A stretch of DNA of 33,842 bases from positions 1 to 33,842 of the forward strand of contig CAZNQT010000001.1 in the NCBI GenBank assembly GCA_964574885.1, in the 5' to 3' direction. The notes below the pieces were generated by a model that worked only from the letters and a program-made list of their open reading frames with translations, was not told where the DNA came from and made no database searches. Every line of letters begins with the position of its first letter. The first letter of the stretch is position 1. Positions 18,087 through 27,101 of this stretch are shown one piece after another. Origin of the DNA: an uncultured Pirellulales bacterium. Its GTDB lineage: Bacteria > Planctomycetota > Phycisphaerae > Sedimentisphaerales > SM23-30. Made by a program: the position numbers and the translations under genes.

Positions 18087-20375
18087 ATGGAACTGAATAT
18101 GATAAATCAAAAAGGTATAGCGGTAATTTTCTTTTGCATAATCTCTTATTTTGTGTTATTTCCCCGGACTTGGGCCGCGAACGAAAGTAAGTTGCCCCCT
18201 GCGAAGACCAACATTGTCTCTCAACTCATGAAAAATGTTCCCACTGATTTTCCTCAATTTACTTTTGCTAATTATCCTGAGCAAGCTCAATTGCTCAGTC
18301 ATTTTCTCTGGTATCACTTTCAGCACCGTCTGGGCAACAGCATGGTCCTGTTCAATAAGGAGTACCTTCTAACTGCCGACATCTGGCTGGGTAACGCCAG
18401 TCCTCATAGTTCGCACGAAATAATCCAGGATGTTCATCGTCGTGCACTATTAGATATACGAATAGATGATGAAGGTTATGTTTCCAGTCACCAGCATTTC
18501 TCTCAGGCCCATGACCTGGGTTGGCCTTTTCCTTCCTGGGGGCAGGCCCACAAAGATCTTGCTCGAGTAAAGGGCACAACCGCCGGCTGGCACTTTCAAC
18601 CGCTCAAAAGTGTACGAGGTTGGATTGGCGGGCATCTCCGCGCCTCAAATGGAAAAGAATATACCGGCGAAACCGCAGTGTCCCTCTGGGAACTGCATAA
18701 CCTAAAATCCCTGGGCATCCAAAACAACCGTTGGCATCTGGATGCTACAGGCCCTTCCCCCGCTATCATTACTCCCAAAGGATATTCTATTGATGCCTTC
18801 AATGCACCATATCTGCAATTGCGCTGGAAACGCACGGGCGCTGCTAAAAATCATACGACTCCCTATGTCGAATGGCTGCGGGAGGACGACAACGGATTCA
18901 GTGCCGAACGTCGGGTCTATTTCTATCCCGACAAAACGCCGCTGGCGCGCGAGTTTTGTCATTCCATTATAACCATGTATCGCCATCCCCTGTGGCAGGG
19001 TAAGATCAAGCGGATTCGTATTTCGCTGGCGCCCGGGGAATCGGATGTCAAATTTGAAATTGATTCCTTCTTCACCGTCTATGATACACGCCATACGATT
19101 AATAATCCTATTTTCATTCTGGCCTCTTGTCGTTATTTCAACTGGACAGGCGATCTGGATTTCCTACGCCGTCAGATCGATCGGATGCGTCTGGCCCTGC
19201 GGTATCAACAGACCGTTATGGGCGGTCTTAAATATAATCACATCCGCAATCCCTGGCCCGGCCACGACGGCCTGCCCGGGTGGCACAAAGACAACAATGG
19301 AAAATTAACCTTTAACTCCGGTCATGGCATTGGCAACAACTATTGGGACATCTTACCCTTCGGGTGGGATGATTTGTATGCCACCAACCAGTATTATGCC
19401 GCCACGCTCGTCATGGCCGAGATGGAAGAAGCGATTCGGCAAAATCCCGGTTGGAATATACCCCTCGGAGCTCTGAAATTCGATCCGCATCAATTGCGCC
19501 AACACGCCCGCCAGGTGAAAGAAACCGCGAATCGCCTTTTCTGGAACGAGAAAAATGATCGATTTATTGCCTGCATTGATAAAAAGGGCCGCAAGCATGA
19601 TTTCGGCTACACCTTCCTTAACCTTGATGCCATCTGGTACGACTTGGCAAATAAAGATCATGCTCGACAGATTATGGATTGGATTACCGGAACACGTATC
19701 ATCGAAGGCGATACCTCCACGGGTAAAGATATCTACCGTTGGCGTTTCGGTCCCCGCGCTACTACTCGCCGCAATATCGAATGGTACGGACAGGGCTGGT
19801 GGGCGCCCGAGAGTCTCGATTGGGGTTACCAGGTACAGGACGGCGGCGCCGTGCTCGGATTTACATTTTACGACCTCTGGGCTCGATTAAATATCCTCGG
19901 TCCCGACGACGCCTGGCAGCGACTGACCGAAATCCTCGCCTGGGAAAAGGAAATCCACGCCGCCGGAGGCTACCGAAAATATTACGAAGGCGGCAAACGA
20001 GGCACCACTCTCCAGGGCGGCGGCGCCTGCGGTGGGCTCGGTATCGATTACGAGTTTTACGAAAGCTCCCTTTTACCCTCGATCATCCCCTACGGATTTC
20101 TCGGTTTGTATGCCCGATCCGACGGCTTTCTGGTTATCAATCCCCGACTCCCTAATGCCTGTCCGGAGATGGCCTTGAACAATCTCCTGTATCATAATGT
20201 TCGATTTGACATCCGCGTGACCAATAATACGATCGAACTAAATTGTAAAGACCTTCCCGCAGAATCGGTTCGTATTGTGCTTCAGGGAACCTGGAAACGA
20301 AACAAATCAGACTGGTGTGGCTCTACTTGCGTTCTTAGTCAAACCGGCGTATATTGTTTTACAAAATGTGAATAG
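18087..20375 (+). CDS. secreted putative (alpha/alpha)6-barrel glycoside hydrolase (GH63/GH78-like fold), family unassigned
   Basis: Signal peptide MELNMINQKGIAVIFFCIISYFVLFPRTWA. Helix-pair motifs FILASCRYFNWTGDLDFLRRQIDRMRLALRY, YATNQYYAATLVMAEMEEAI and NLDAIWYDLANKDHARQIMDWI are typical of six-hairpin glycosidases. The track start at 18081 is a TTG; ATG at 18087 is preferred. Confidence 0.45.
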   Translation: MELNMINQKGIAVIFFCIISYFVLFPRTWAANESKLPPAKTNIVSQLMKNVPTDFPQFTFANYPEQAQLLSHFLWYHFQHRLGNSMVLFNKEYLLTADIWLGNASPHSSHEIIQDVHRRALLDIRIDDEGYVSSHQHFSQAHDLGWPFPSWGQAHKDLARVKGTTAGWHFQPLKSVRGWIGGHLRASNGKEYTGETAVSLWELHNLKSLGIQNNRWHLDATGPSPAIITPKGYSIDAFNAPYLQLRWKRTGAAKNHTTPYVEWLREDDNGFSAERRVYFYPDKTPLAREFCHSIITMYRHPLWQGKIKRIRISLAPGESDVKFEIDSFFTVYDTRHTINNPIFILASCRYFNWTGDLDFLRRQIDRMRLALRYQQTVMGGLKYNHIRNPWPGHDGLPGWHKDNNGKLTFNSGHGIGNNYWDILPFGWDDLYATNQYYAATLVMAEMEEAIRQNPGWNIPLGALKFDPHQLRQHARQVKETANRLFWNEKNDRFIACIDKKGRKHDFGYTFLNLDAIWYDLANKDHARQIMDWITGTRIIEGDTSTGKDIYRWRFGPRATTRRNIEWYGQGWWAPESLDWGYQVQDGGAVLGFTFYDLWARLNILGPDDAWQRLTEILAWEKEIHAAGGYRKYYEGGKRGTTLQGGGACGGLGIDYEFYESSLLPSIIPYGFLGLYARSDGFLVINPRLPNACPEMALNNLLYHNVRFDIRVTNNTIELNCKDLPAESVRIVLQGTWKRNKSDWCGSTCVLSQTGVYCFTKCE

Positions 20376-20427
20376 CATCGATAAATCATAGCTGAGCTTA
20401 TCTTTTATGAAATAAGGAGATCGTATT

Positions 20428-21480
20428 ATGACTATGCGGCCCAGAAATCTATGGTATATTTTAAGAACGAGCGTAGTAGTTGGTGTTCTGGGGATATTAC
20501 TAATTGGCTGTAAAAGTAGCAGACCACTACATTCCCCGCAAGCGATCCCTATCATCTTTGATACAGATATGGGTACGGACGTGGATGATGCAGGGGCCTT
20601 GGCGATATTACATATAATGGCGGATCGGGGCGAGGCGAAAATACTAGCCACGATGAGCGCTAACCAGAATCGCTGGAGTGCACCGGCCATTGATGTAATC
20701 AATACCTATTACGGTCGGCCCGACCTGCCTATCGGCTCATCTAAAACGGGCCCCAATCCCGAAGAATGGTATCACGACAGCGTTGGCAACTATCCGCATG
20801 ACTTGAAAAGCGGCGACGATGCCCCGGATACCGTCACCCTTTATCGCAAGATTCTAGCGGTTCAGCCCGACAACAGCGTGACTATCGTCGTGGTAGGATG
20901 GCTTACGAATATGGCCGACCTGCTCAACAGTAAACCGGATCAGTACAGCTCTCTTACTGGCGAAGAACTGGTAAAGGCCAAAGTCAAAGAATTAGTCTCT
21001 ATGGGCGGCACATGGCCTAATTCACCCAAAAACGAAGGCGAATATAATTTTCACATGGACGGAGCGGCCGCACATAAGGTAATCAGCGACTGGCCGGGTA
21101 AGATCATGTTCACGGGTTTAGGCAAAGATGTAATGACAGGCGCCCGGTTAGTAGCGCAAGCGCCGAAAGAGAATCCGGTGCCGGCGTTTTATCGAAATTT
21201 CTTTAAGGGTCACGATGTGTCCGAGAGATCAAGCTGGGATTTGATTGCCGTATTGTATGCTGTGCGGAGTTTATCCAATTATTTCACCGCTGAATCAGGG
21301 GGTAAATCCGTCAGCCAAAAAGACGGAAGTAATACATGGATTCCCGGCCCCACCTCCAACCATGCCTATCTGAAAGCGAAAAAAAATAACGCCGAATTGG
21401 CAAAGATTATCGAAGACCTAATGGTAAGCCCTCCCGCCTCCGTTACTTCGCCTCTGACCGAATCGAAAGGCGGTCATTAA
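20428..21480 (+). CDS. inosine-uridine-preferring nucleoside hydrolase (IUNH) fold lipoprotein
   Basis: RBS AAGGAGA lies 7 nt upstream. Lipobox LLIGC. PIIFDTDMGTDVDDAGALAILH resembles the IUNH DxDxxxDD Ca-binding fingerprint but has one extra residue (DTDMGTDVDD). Confidence 0.75.
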   Translation: MTMRPRNLWYILRTSVVVGVLGILLIGCKSSRPLHSPQAIPIIFDTDMGTDVDDAGALAILHIMADRGEAKILATMSANQNRWSAPAIDVINTYYGRPDLPIGSSKTGPNPEEWYHDSVGNYPHDLKSGDDAPDTVTLYRKILAVQPDNSVTIVVVGWLTNMADLLNSKPDQYSSLTGEELVKAKVKELVSMGGTWPNSPKNEGEYNFHMDGAAAHKVISDWPGKIMFTGLGKDVMTGARLVAQAPKENPVPAFYRNFFKGHDVSERSSWDLIAVLYAVRSLSNYFTAESGGKSVSQKDGSNTWIPGPTSNHAYLKAKKNNAELAKIIEDLMVSPPASVTSPLTESKGGH

Positions 21481-21660
21481 AAGCACACTAAATTCTACAC
21501 AATGAACTCATCGACGACGTGGATCTCGATAAACTCGACGCATCCCGGAAGCGGCGGGACATCTAAGTCGATACTTTAGGATAAGAGAATGGCCCCTGAA
21601 GGTGATAAGGGCTCTGAGTGCTGCTTAGCGATTATTTGTTATTTTTTATGAAATTTTAAA

Positions 21661-21688
21661 TTTCAACCTCCAATCTTCGCTTTACAAT
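21661..21688 (+). promoter_or_regulatory. weak candidate promoter upstream of the ECF sigma gene (TTTCAA-16 nt-TACAAT)
   Basis: Hexamer match only, in an AT-rich region. It abuts the 17-nt palindrome at 21649-21665. Confidence 0.2.
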
Positions 21689-21738
21689 CAATTAAATATA
21701 TGAGAGGGAGTATATGTTTGATGAGTACCGAATAATTT

Positions 21739-22284
21739 ATGAGTGAGGGAAAAGAATCCAGGACGAAGTTGTTTTTTCGCCTGTTTATGGCGAATGAAGG
21801 TCGTATCTATACCTATATTCTCATGCTGGTTCCCCATCGTGCCGAAGCCGACGATATAATGCAAGAAACCGCCATGGTGATGTGGAAGCGGTTTGCGGAT
21901 TTTGAAGCGGGGACGAATTTCTTGCGGTGGAGCAAGCAAATCGCGTTTTATAAAATCCTCGACTTCCGTAAAAAACGAAGCAAGGAGCGGATTTACTTCA
22001 ACGAAAATCTATTAGGCGCCCTTGCCGAACATGTCGATACAACGCTGGCAGAGGCTAATCCTCGTCTGATCGCACTTAAGAACTGCCTGGAGAAACTTGA
22101 CAAGTCCGACCGCAAGTTAATCTATCTTCATTACGAACAGGGTGTAACCATTAAAAAGATCGCTCAGGACCTTAAGCGTTCCATCCAAGGCATGTACAAA
22201 GTTATGACCCGGATTCATAATCAGCTTTTACGATGTATTAATCATAAATTAGCGTCTGAGGATTTCCGTGAGTTACTGGGATAA
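21739..22284 (+). CDS. ECF (sigma-70 family, group IV) RNA polymerase sigma factor, Rhodopirellula/Verrucomicrobium-type
   Basis: Region 2: ADDIMQETAMVMWKRFADFEAGTNFLRWSKQIAFYKILDFRKK. Region 4 HTH: LSDRKLIYLHYEQGVTIKKIAQDLKRSIQGMYKVMTRIHNQLL. Length 181 aa. Confidence 0.9.
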   Translation: MSEGKESRTKLFFRLFMANEGRIYTYILMLVPHRAEADDIMQETAMVMWKRFADFEAGTNFLRWSKQIAFYKILDFRKKRSKERIYFNENLLGALAEHVDTTLAEANPRLIALKNCLEKLDKSDRKLIYLHYEQGVTIKKIAQDLKRSIQGMYKVMTRIHNQLLRCINHKLASEDFRELLG

Positions 22285-23875
22285 TCAATCCGAACTAGGC
22301 GAGTTGATACTTGCCAACTTAGACGGGACGGCCAACGCCCAACAGCACGGTCAGTTGGAAAAACTGCTCACCGAGAATGCGGAAGCTCGGCAATATTACG
22401 GAGAATTCTTGTTAATTTACGCCGACTTGTGCCATCGTAATATTTTTGTCCCCGGAAAGGAGATTCAACCGGAAATCGGCGCCGACAATATTTTGCTGGA
22501 GGTGCTCGAGAAGGAAGAGAATACTATTACTTATAAGATCGACGAGAACCGATATCAAAACAAGGTAGAAGAAATCAAACGTGATGCGGAAGATGCCCTG
22601 CGGGAATTTTTAGAGCAAGAGCAGCGGCGGAATGCCGCAGACAATATCCCCCCGTATGTCCATGATCCCTCGTATCTGCCGTATTGGGTGCGCTCAGCGT
22701 TGGGCTTTGGCGGTCGGGTGTTGAAATCCGCCGTGTCCTACATGTGGAAAGCAGCGGCGGCCTGTCTGGTGATTCTACTGGGTTTCGGCGTATATCATCT
22801 CCTGAAATCCGGTCCGGTCTTAACAACCGGTGTTAATACGGTTATCGAGCGCCAAGAGAGGCAAATATCCGCCGGCAACGGGATGCGGCTTGAGCCGGGC
22901 GATGTCATCAAGACCGGTCCCGGCGGCAGAGCCGTTGTCAAATACCAAGGCGAGGATACTACAATAGAACTCAAGGAGAATACTTCCTTTAAGCTGGCTT
23001 CCTCCGAAAACATGGGTAAGCTGTTGGAAATCACCGAGGGGACCATCCACGGCCAGGTTGCCCGACAACCGTCGGACAAACCGATGATACTCGACGCTCC
23101 CCAGGCAACCGTCAAAGTACTGGGGACCGACTTCACTTTCGCGCTCAAGCCGGATTCGTCGTGGATCCGGATGAATTCAGGGACCGTAGAAATGACCCGG
23201 AAAGCCGATTGTCGGAGTATAAAAGTAGATTCGAATCATTATGCGGTAGCCGGCAGTAATTATTCCCTGGCGGCAAAACCGGTTTCGGATTTTGAAGCGG
23301 ACTTTTCCGGATTGATGATGGATACCGATTTCGAGAACGATCGGATTGGGTATTTTCCCACTTTATTTCGTCTATCTCAGATGATGGAAGGCGCATGGCG
23401 CGTGGAGGAAATTCAGGGCAATCGGGTTCTGAAAGGGCGGGGTAAAAATCCGATTTGTGATTTTGGCAACCCCGGTTGGCGGGATTACCGACTCTCGGTA
23501 CGGGTGTATTTCGATACTCCTCCGGAACGACTCGGCGTGATCGTGCGGGATGATCCGATTACCGGAAAGAACTATCAGTTTGAGTTGCGACCGACGGGGG
23601 TAATGCTGATCCGAAGTCTGGATCAAGAACACGACAGCCCGGAGATTATCCGGAGCACAAATATTGAGCGAGTCGAACCGGGACAATGGCACGACTTGGC
23701 GGTGATTTGCCAAGGGGATAAATTGGAGTTTTGGGTGGACGGGCGCCTGGCCATTCAAACTCGACAGTCCTGGGCGCCGCAGGGCGTATGCCGACTCATG
23801 ATAATCAATGGCCAAGCACTGTTCGATGATCTGGCAGTGAGTAAATTAAGCGATTTGGCAAAAACCGATTATTAA
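22268..23875 (+). CDS. FecR-family transmembrane anti-sigma factor with a C-terminal concanavalin-like (DUF1080/LamG-like) sensor domain
   Basis: The GTG start overlaps the sigma stop by 17 nt. Anti-sigma N-terminal helix (LEKLLTENAEARQYYGEFLLIYADL), one TM segment (AAAACLVILLGFGVYHLL), a FecR block (GMRLEPGDVIKTGPGGRAVVKYQGEDTTIELKENTSFKL...VKVLGTDF), then GAWRVEEIQGNRVLKG...WRDYRLSVRV...WHDLAVICQGDKLEFWVDG. Confidence 0.8.
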   Translation: MSYWDNQSELGELILANLDGTANAQQHGQLEKLLTENAEARQYYGEFLLIYADLCHRNIFVPGKEIQPEIGADNILLEVLEKEENTITYKIDENRYQNKVEEIKRDAEDALREFLEQEQRRNAADNIPPYVHDPSYLPYWVRSALGFGGRVLKSAVSYMWKAAAACLVILLGFGVYHLLKSGPVLTTGVNTVIERQERQISAGNGMRLEPGDVIKTGPGGRAVVKYQGEDTTIELKENTSFKLASSENMGKLLEITEGTIHGQVARQPSDKPMILDAPQATVKVLGTDFTFALKPDSSWIRMNSGTVEMTRKADCRSIKVDSNHYAVAGSNYSLAAKPVSDFEADFSGLMMDTDFENDRIGYFPTLFRLSQMMEGAWRVEEIQGNRVLKGRGKNPICDFGNPGWRDYRLSVRVYFDTPPERLGVIVRDDPITGKNYQFELRPTGVMLIRSLDQEHDSPEIIRSTNIERVEPGQWHDLAVICQGDKLEFWVDGRLAIQTRQSWAPQGVCRLMIINGQALFDDLAVSKLSDLAKTDY

Positions 23876-23953
23876 CCTAGAGATGTAAAACCGTGGTTCT
23901 TGGTTTGTAGTTAGGAAATTAACGGAAATTATATATGAAGAAGGAGAATGGTG

Positions 23954-25435
23954 ATGGGTAAAAAATCAGTTCTAATACTTGCTGGTTTATGGGTACTGAT
24001 ATTTGTTGGAGCGACATATGCAGCGCCGCCGATGCTGGTCTGGCAAAACTCGTTGGAGAATGACTCCACCAGCACAGTTGATGGTGGTGAAATTATCAAT
24101 CCTCCTTCCAGTTACGTTTCCGGGGCTATAGGCAACGCTTTCGCTGGCAACGGCAGCGTTTATGCCGAATGGGACAACATCGATGTCGCTACCATCTTTG
24201 ACGACGTCTGGGATAATGATGCGGGATTTACGGTCGATTTGTATTTCCGCGGCGACCACTGGGACACCCATTCCGGTGACTCGGGATTTTGGGCGGTCTT
24301 TGACCGAGGCGACGGAAATGACGGTCACATAATCATATCCGTGCGCGACGGTAACTTGCGTTTTCCGTGGAGGGATTCCTATACCGGCTGGAACAAAACT
24401 GCGTACCTGACCGGTATTACGCTGGCCAACAACATAACCTATCGACTAACCGTACGTCAGTATGAAAATAACTTTGAGGTGTATTTGGACGGTGGCGCCT
24501 ACAGCAACAGTTCCCCTGTCTATGCAGAGAACGACTGGAATGAAACGATTGCTTTCCCGGAATATAATTCCGGCTCTCCCGGCCGCGACATGTATGTGGG
24601 CCAACGTAGCGAAACCTTCGGCGGTATTCTGCAGAGCGGCGAATGGGTGGACCAGGTACGTGTCTATAACGGGTACTATACCCCAGTAGAGCTGGATATT
24701 CCCTACGCCACGAATCCCAATCCCGGCATGGATGAAATAAACGTATCACCGGATGTTGTTCTTCACTGGGATGCCCCGGATCCCAATTTCATAAAAGATT
24801 TACCCGCGCGTTATAACGTATATTTTGGCACCGAACCAAACGACACCCATCCAAATTTCGATTTTCCTCTAGTATCCGAAAACCAGTTGACAACCTTCCA
24901 TGATCCGCTGGGGGAGGCGGTTTTGCTGGAGGAAGCAACGGATTACTATTGGCGGATCGACGTGGTCGATCCTAATTTTGGCGAAGCGAAGATATATGAA
25001 GGCGATCTTTGGCACTTCACGACGATTCCGCCCAAAGCAACGGAACCGTTTCCAGAGGATAATGCGACGGATGTGGACCAAAATGTGGAGTTAAGCTGGA
25101 CCCCTGGTTACGGTGCAGTTTCTCACGATGTCTATATCAGTACCGTACAGTCGGAGGTTGAAAACCGTTCTATTCCTCCGGTTAACGTAGAAGTGGAAAA
25201 GTATAAACCGCTGGATTTGGATTGGGAGACGGAGTATTTCTGGCGGATTGTCGAACGTTTTGACGGCGGGGGAGAAGCCATGGGGGACATCTGGAGCTTT
25301 ACCACGGGTACGCCGAAATGTGCGGAAGTCTTGGGCGGCGACTTTGACAATAATTGCATAGTGGATCTAAGAGACGTTGCCATTATGATCGCTAACTGGC
25401 TGGAGTGCAATCTCACGAACGGCTATTGTCCATAA
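23954..25435 (+). CDS. secreted LamG-like lectin-domain protein, paralogue 1 (LamG-like, two Fn3-like modules, dockerin-like tail)
   Basis: GGAG at 23943-23946 lies 7 nt before the ATG at 23954 (the track start at 23948 abuts the RBS). Signal peptide, then GNAFAGNGSVYAEWDN...DLYFRGDHWDTHSGDSGFW...TYRLTVRQ..NNFEVYLDGGAY...GEWVDQVRVYNGYYTP. Two P.P..DATDV...LSWTPG...YYWRIDV/YFWRIVE...W.FTT modules follow. Confidence 0.8.
   Translation: MGKKSVLILAGLWVLIFVGATYAAPPMLVWQNSLENDSTSTVDGGEIINPPSSYVSGAIGNAFAGNGSVYAEWDNIDVATIFDDVWDNDAGFTVDLYFRGDHWDTHSGDSGFWAVFDRGDGNDGHIIISVRDGNLRFPWRDSYTGWNKTAYLTGITLANNITYRLTVRQYENNFEVYLDGGAYSNSSPVYAENDWNETIAFPEYNSGSPGRDMYVGQRSETFGGILQSGEWVDQVRVYNGYYTPVELDIPYATNPNPGMDEINVSPDVVLHWDAPDPNFIKDLPARYNVYFGTEPNDTHPNFDFPLVSENQLTTFHDPLGEAVLLEEATDYYWRIDVVDPNFGEAKIYEGDLWHFTTIPPKATEPFPEDNATDVDQNVELSWTPGYGAVSHDVYISTVQSEVENRSIPPVNVEVEKYKPLDLDWETEYFWRIVERFDGGGEAMGDIWSFTTGTPKCAEVLGGDFDNNCIVDLRDVAIMIANWLECNLTNGYCP
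25337..25432 (+). other. dockerin-like four-Cys C-terminal tag (copy 4)
   Basis: GDFDNNCIVDLRDVAIMIANWLECNLTNGYCP-stop, with an upstream Cys in TPKCAE. Confidence 0.7.
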
Positions 25436-25524
25436 CGGAAAACAAAGATCACGAAGGTTTTGGGGGGTTATTAAAAAATGTAAAGTGTAATCGAAAAACT
25501 TGAAACTGAGGAAGGAGATTGGTG

Positions 25525-27003
25525 ATGGGCAAAAAACTAGATCTAATACTTATTGGTTTATGGGTACTGATGATTGTCGGAGCGACAAGTGCAGTTCCGC
25601 CGGTGCTGGTATGGCAAAACACTCTGGAGAATGACGCTACGAGTACCGTCGATGGGGGGGAAATTATCAATCCCCCATCCAGTTACGTACCCGGGGCCAG
25701 GGGGAACGCATTCGCCGGCAACGGCAGCGTCTATATCAGTTGGGACAACAGCGAGGTCGCTGCCATCTTCGACGACATCTGGGACAATGATGCCGGTTCT
25801 ACGATCGATTTGTACTTCCGCGGCGACCACTGGGACACCCATTCCGGTGACTCGGGATTCTGGTCGGTGACGGACCGATACGGTGGCAATGACGGTTATT
25901 ACATCCTGTCAGTGCGCGATGGAAAGTTACGTTTTCCGTACAAAGATTCTTATACCAATTATAGCCAAGCACCCCATCTGACCGGTATTACCTTGGCCAA
26001 TAATGTCACCTATCGACTGACCGTACGTCAACATGATAATAACTTTGAGGTGTATTTGGACGGCGGCGCCTACAGGAACAGTTCCCCTGTCTTTACCGAC
26101 AATACCTGGTCAGAAACCATCGCTTTCCCGCAATATAACTCCGGTTCTCCGGGCCGACAGATGGCGGTAGGCGATCGCGCTATCTTCGGTGGTACGCTTC
26201 AGAGCGGCGAGTGGGTGGATCATGTACGTGTTTATAACGGGTACTATACCCCAGTAGAGCTGGATATTCCCTACGCCACGAATCCCGATCCCGGCATTGA
26301 TGAAATAAACGTATCACCGGATGTGGTTCTTGACTGGGATGCCCCGGATCCCAATTTCATAAAAGATCTTCCGGCTCGTTATAATGTGTACTTCGGCACC
26401 GAACCGAACGATACCCATCCCAATTTTGATTTTACTTTGGTATCTGAAAATCAGTTGGATACCTTATATGACCCACTGGGGGAGGCGGGTTTGCTGGAGG
26501 AAGCAACGGATTACTACTGGCGGATCGACGTGGTCGATCCCAATTTTGGCGAAGCAAAAGCATATACGGGTGATCTCTGGCACTTCGCCACGATTCCGCC
26601 CAAAGCGACGGAGCCATATCCCGATGACGATCAAACGAATGTGGCCCAAAATGTAGAGCTCAGTTGGACCCCCGGTTACGGTGCAGTTTCTCACGATGTT
26701 TACCTCAGTACCATACAATCTGAAGTCGAAAACCGTTCTATTCCTCCGATCAACGTAGAAGTAGAAAAGTATAAACCGCCGGATTTGAATTGGGAAACGG
26801 AATATTTTTGGCGGATTGTCGAACGCTTTGATGGCGGGGGAGAAGCCACTGGAGATGTCTGGAGATTTACCACCGGTACGCCGCAATGTGAGTATGAATT
26901 GGATGGCGATGCGAACGGAGATTGTGTAGTCGATCTCAGAGATTTCGCCATTATGGCGGGCAACTGGCTGGTGTGCAATCTGACAAACGGCTATTGCCCA
27001 TAG
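25525..27003 (+). CDS. secreted LamG-like lectin-domain protein, paralogue 2 (same architecture as paralogue 1)
   Basis: Collinear with paralogue 1 over its full length and roughly four-fifths identical by eye. Same RBS-to-ATG geometry (GGAG at 25514-25517, ATG at 25525). Confidence 0.8.
   Translation: MGKKLDLILIGLWVLMIVGATSAVPPVLVWQNTLENDATSTVDGGEIINPPSSYVPGARGNAFAGNGSVYISWDNSEVAAIFDDIWDNDAGSTIDLYFRGDHWDTHSGDSGFWSVTDRYGGNDGYYILSVRDGKLRFPYKDSYTNYSQAPHLTGITLANNVTYRLTVRQHDNNFEVYLDGGAYRNSSPVFTDNTWSETIAFPQYNSGSPGRQMAVGDRAIFGGTLQSGEWVDHVRVYNGYYTPVELDIPYATNPDPGIDEINVSPDVVLDWDAPDPNFIKDLPARYNVYFGTEPNDTHPNFDFTLVSENQLDTLYDPLGEAGLLEEATDYYWRIDVVDPNFGEAKAYTGDLWHFATIPPKATEPYPDDDQTNVAQNVELSWTPGYGAVSHDVYLSTIQSEVENRSIPPINVEVEKYKPPDLNWETEYFWRIVERFDGGGEATGDVWRFTTGTPQCEYELDGDANGDCVVDLRDFAIMAGNWLVCNLTNGYCP
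26905..27000 (+). other. dockerin-like four-Cys C-terminal tag (copy 5)
   Basis: GDANGDCVVDLRDFAIMAGNWLVCNLTNGYCP-stop, with an upstream Cys in TPQCEY. Confidence 0.7.
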
Positions 27004-27101
27004 CGGAAAATGAAGAGAAAAAAGTTTTTTGGCGTGTTGCCAGGATATAAAAAGTAGTTACGTAGAATAGTTTAATAGTAAGGAAAGAAAGGTGGTGGAA
27101 G

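Larger units (their letters stand above)
23954..27003 (+). repeat. tandem whole-gene duplication (unit about 1.57 kb, two copies)
   Basis: Nucleotide-level collinearity with identical runs, for example GGCGACCACTGGGACACCCATTCCGGTGACTCGGGATT and CCCCAGTAGAGCTGGATATTCCCTACGCCACGAATCCC in both copies. The post-stop sequences are also related (CCATAACGGAAAAC versus CCATAGCGGAAAAT). Confidence 0.85.

Noticed and set aside
23883-25484. Shared heptamer ATGTAAA upstream of P1 (23883-23889) and P2 (25478-25484) as an ECF promoter element
   Set aside because: The distances to the start codons differ (about 65 versus about 41 nt). The flanks do not align. The motif is AT-rich and absent upstream of P3, P4 and the sigma gene. 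That is insufficient evidence for a promoter.
23954-27003. Whether the P1/P2 duplicate pair could be a diversity-generating retroelement template/variable repeat pair or another programmed hypervariation system
   Set aside because: There is no reverse transcriptase or accessory gene in the window. The differences are spread over the whole 1.5 kb, involve all base types and include indels, so they are not adenine-specific and not confined to a short C-terminal variable region. Ordinary paralogue divergence, possibly with patches of gene conversion, explains the pattern.
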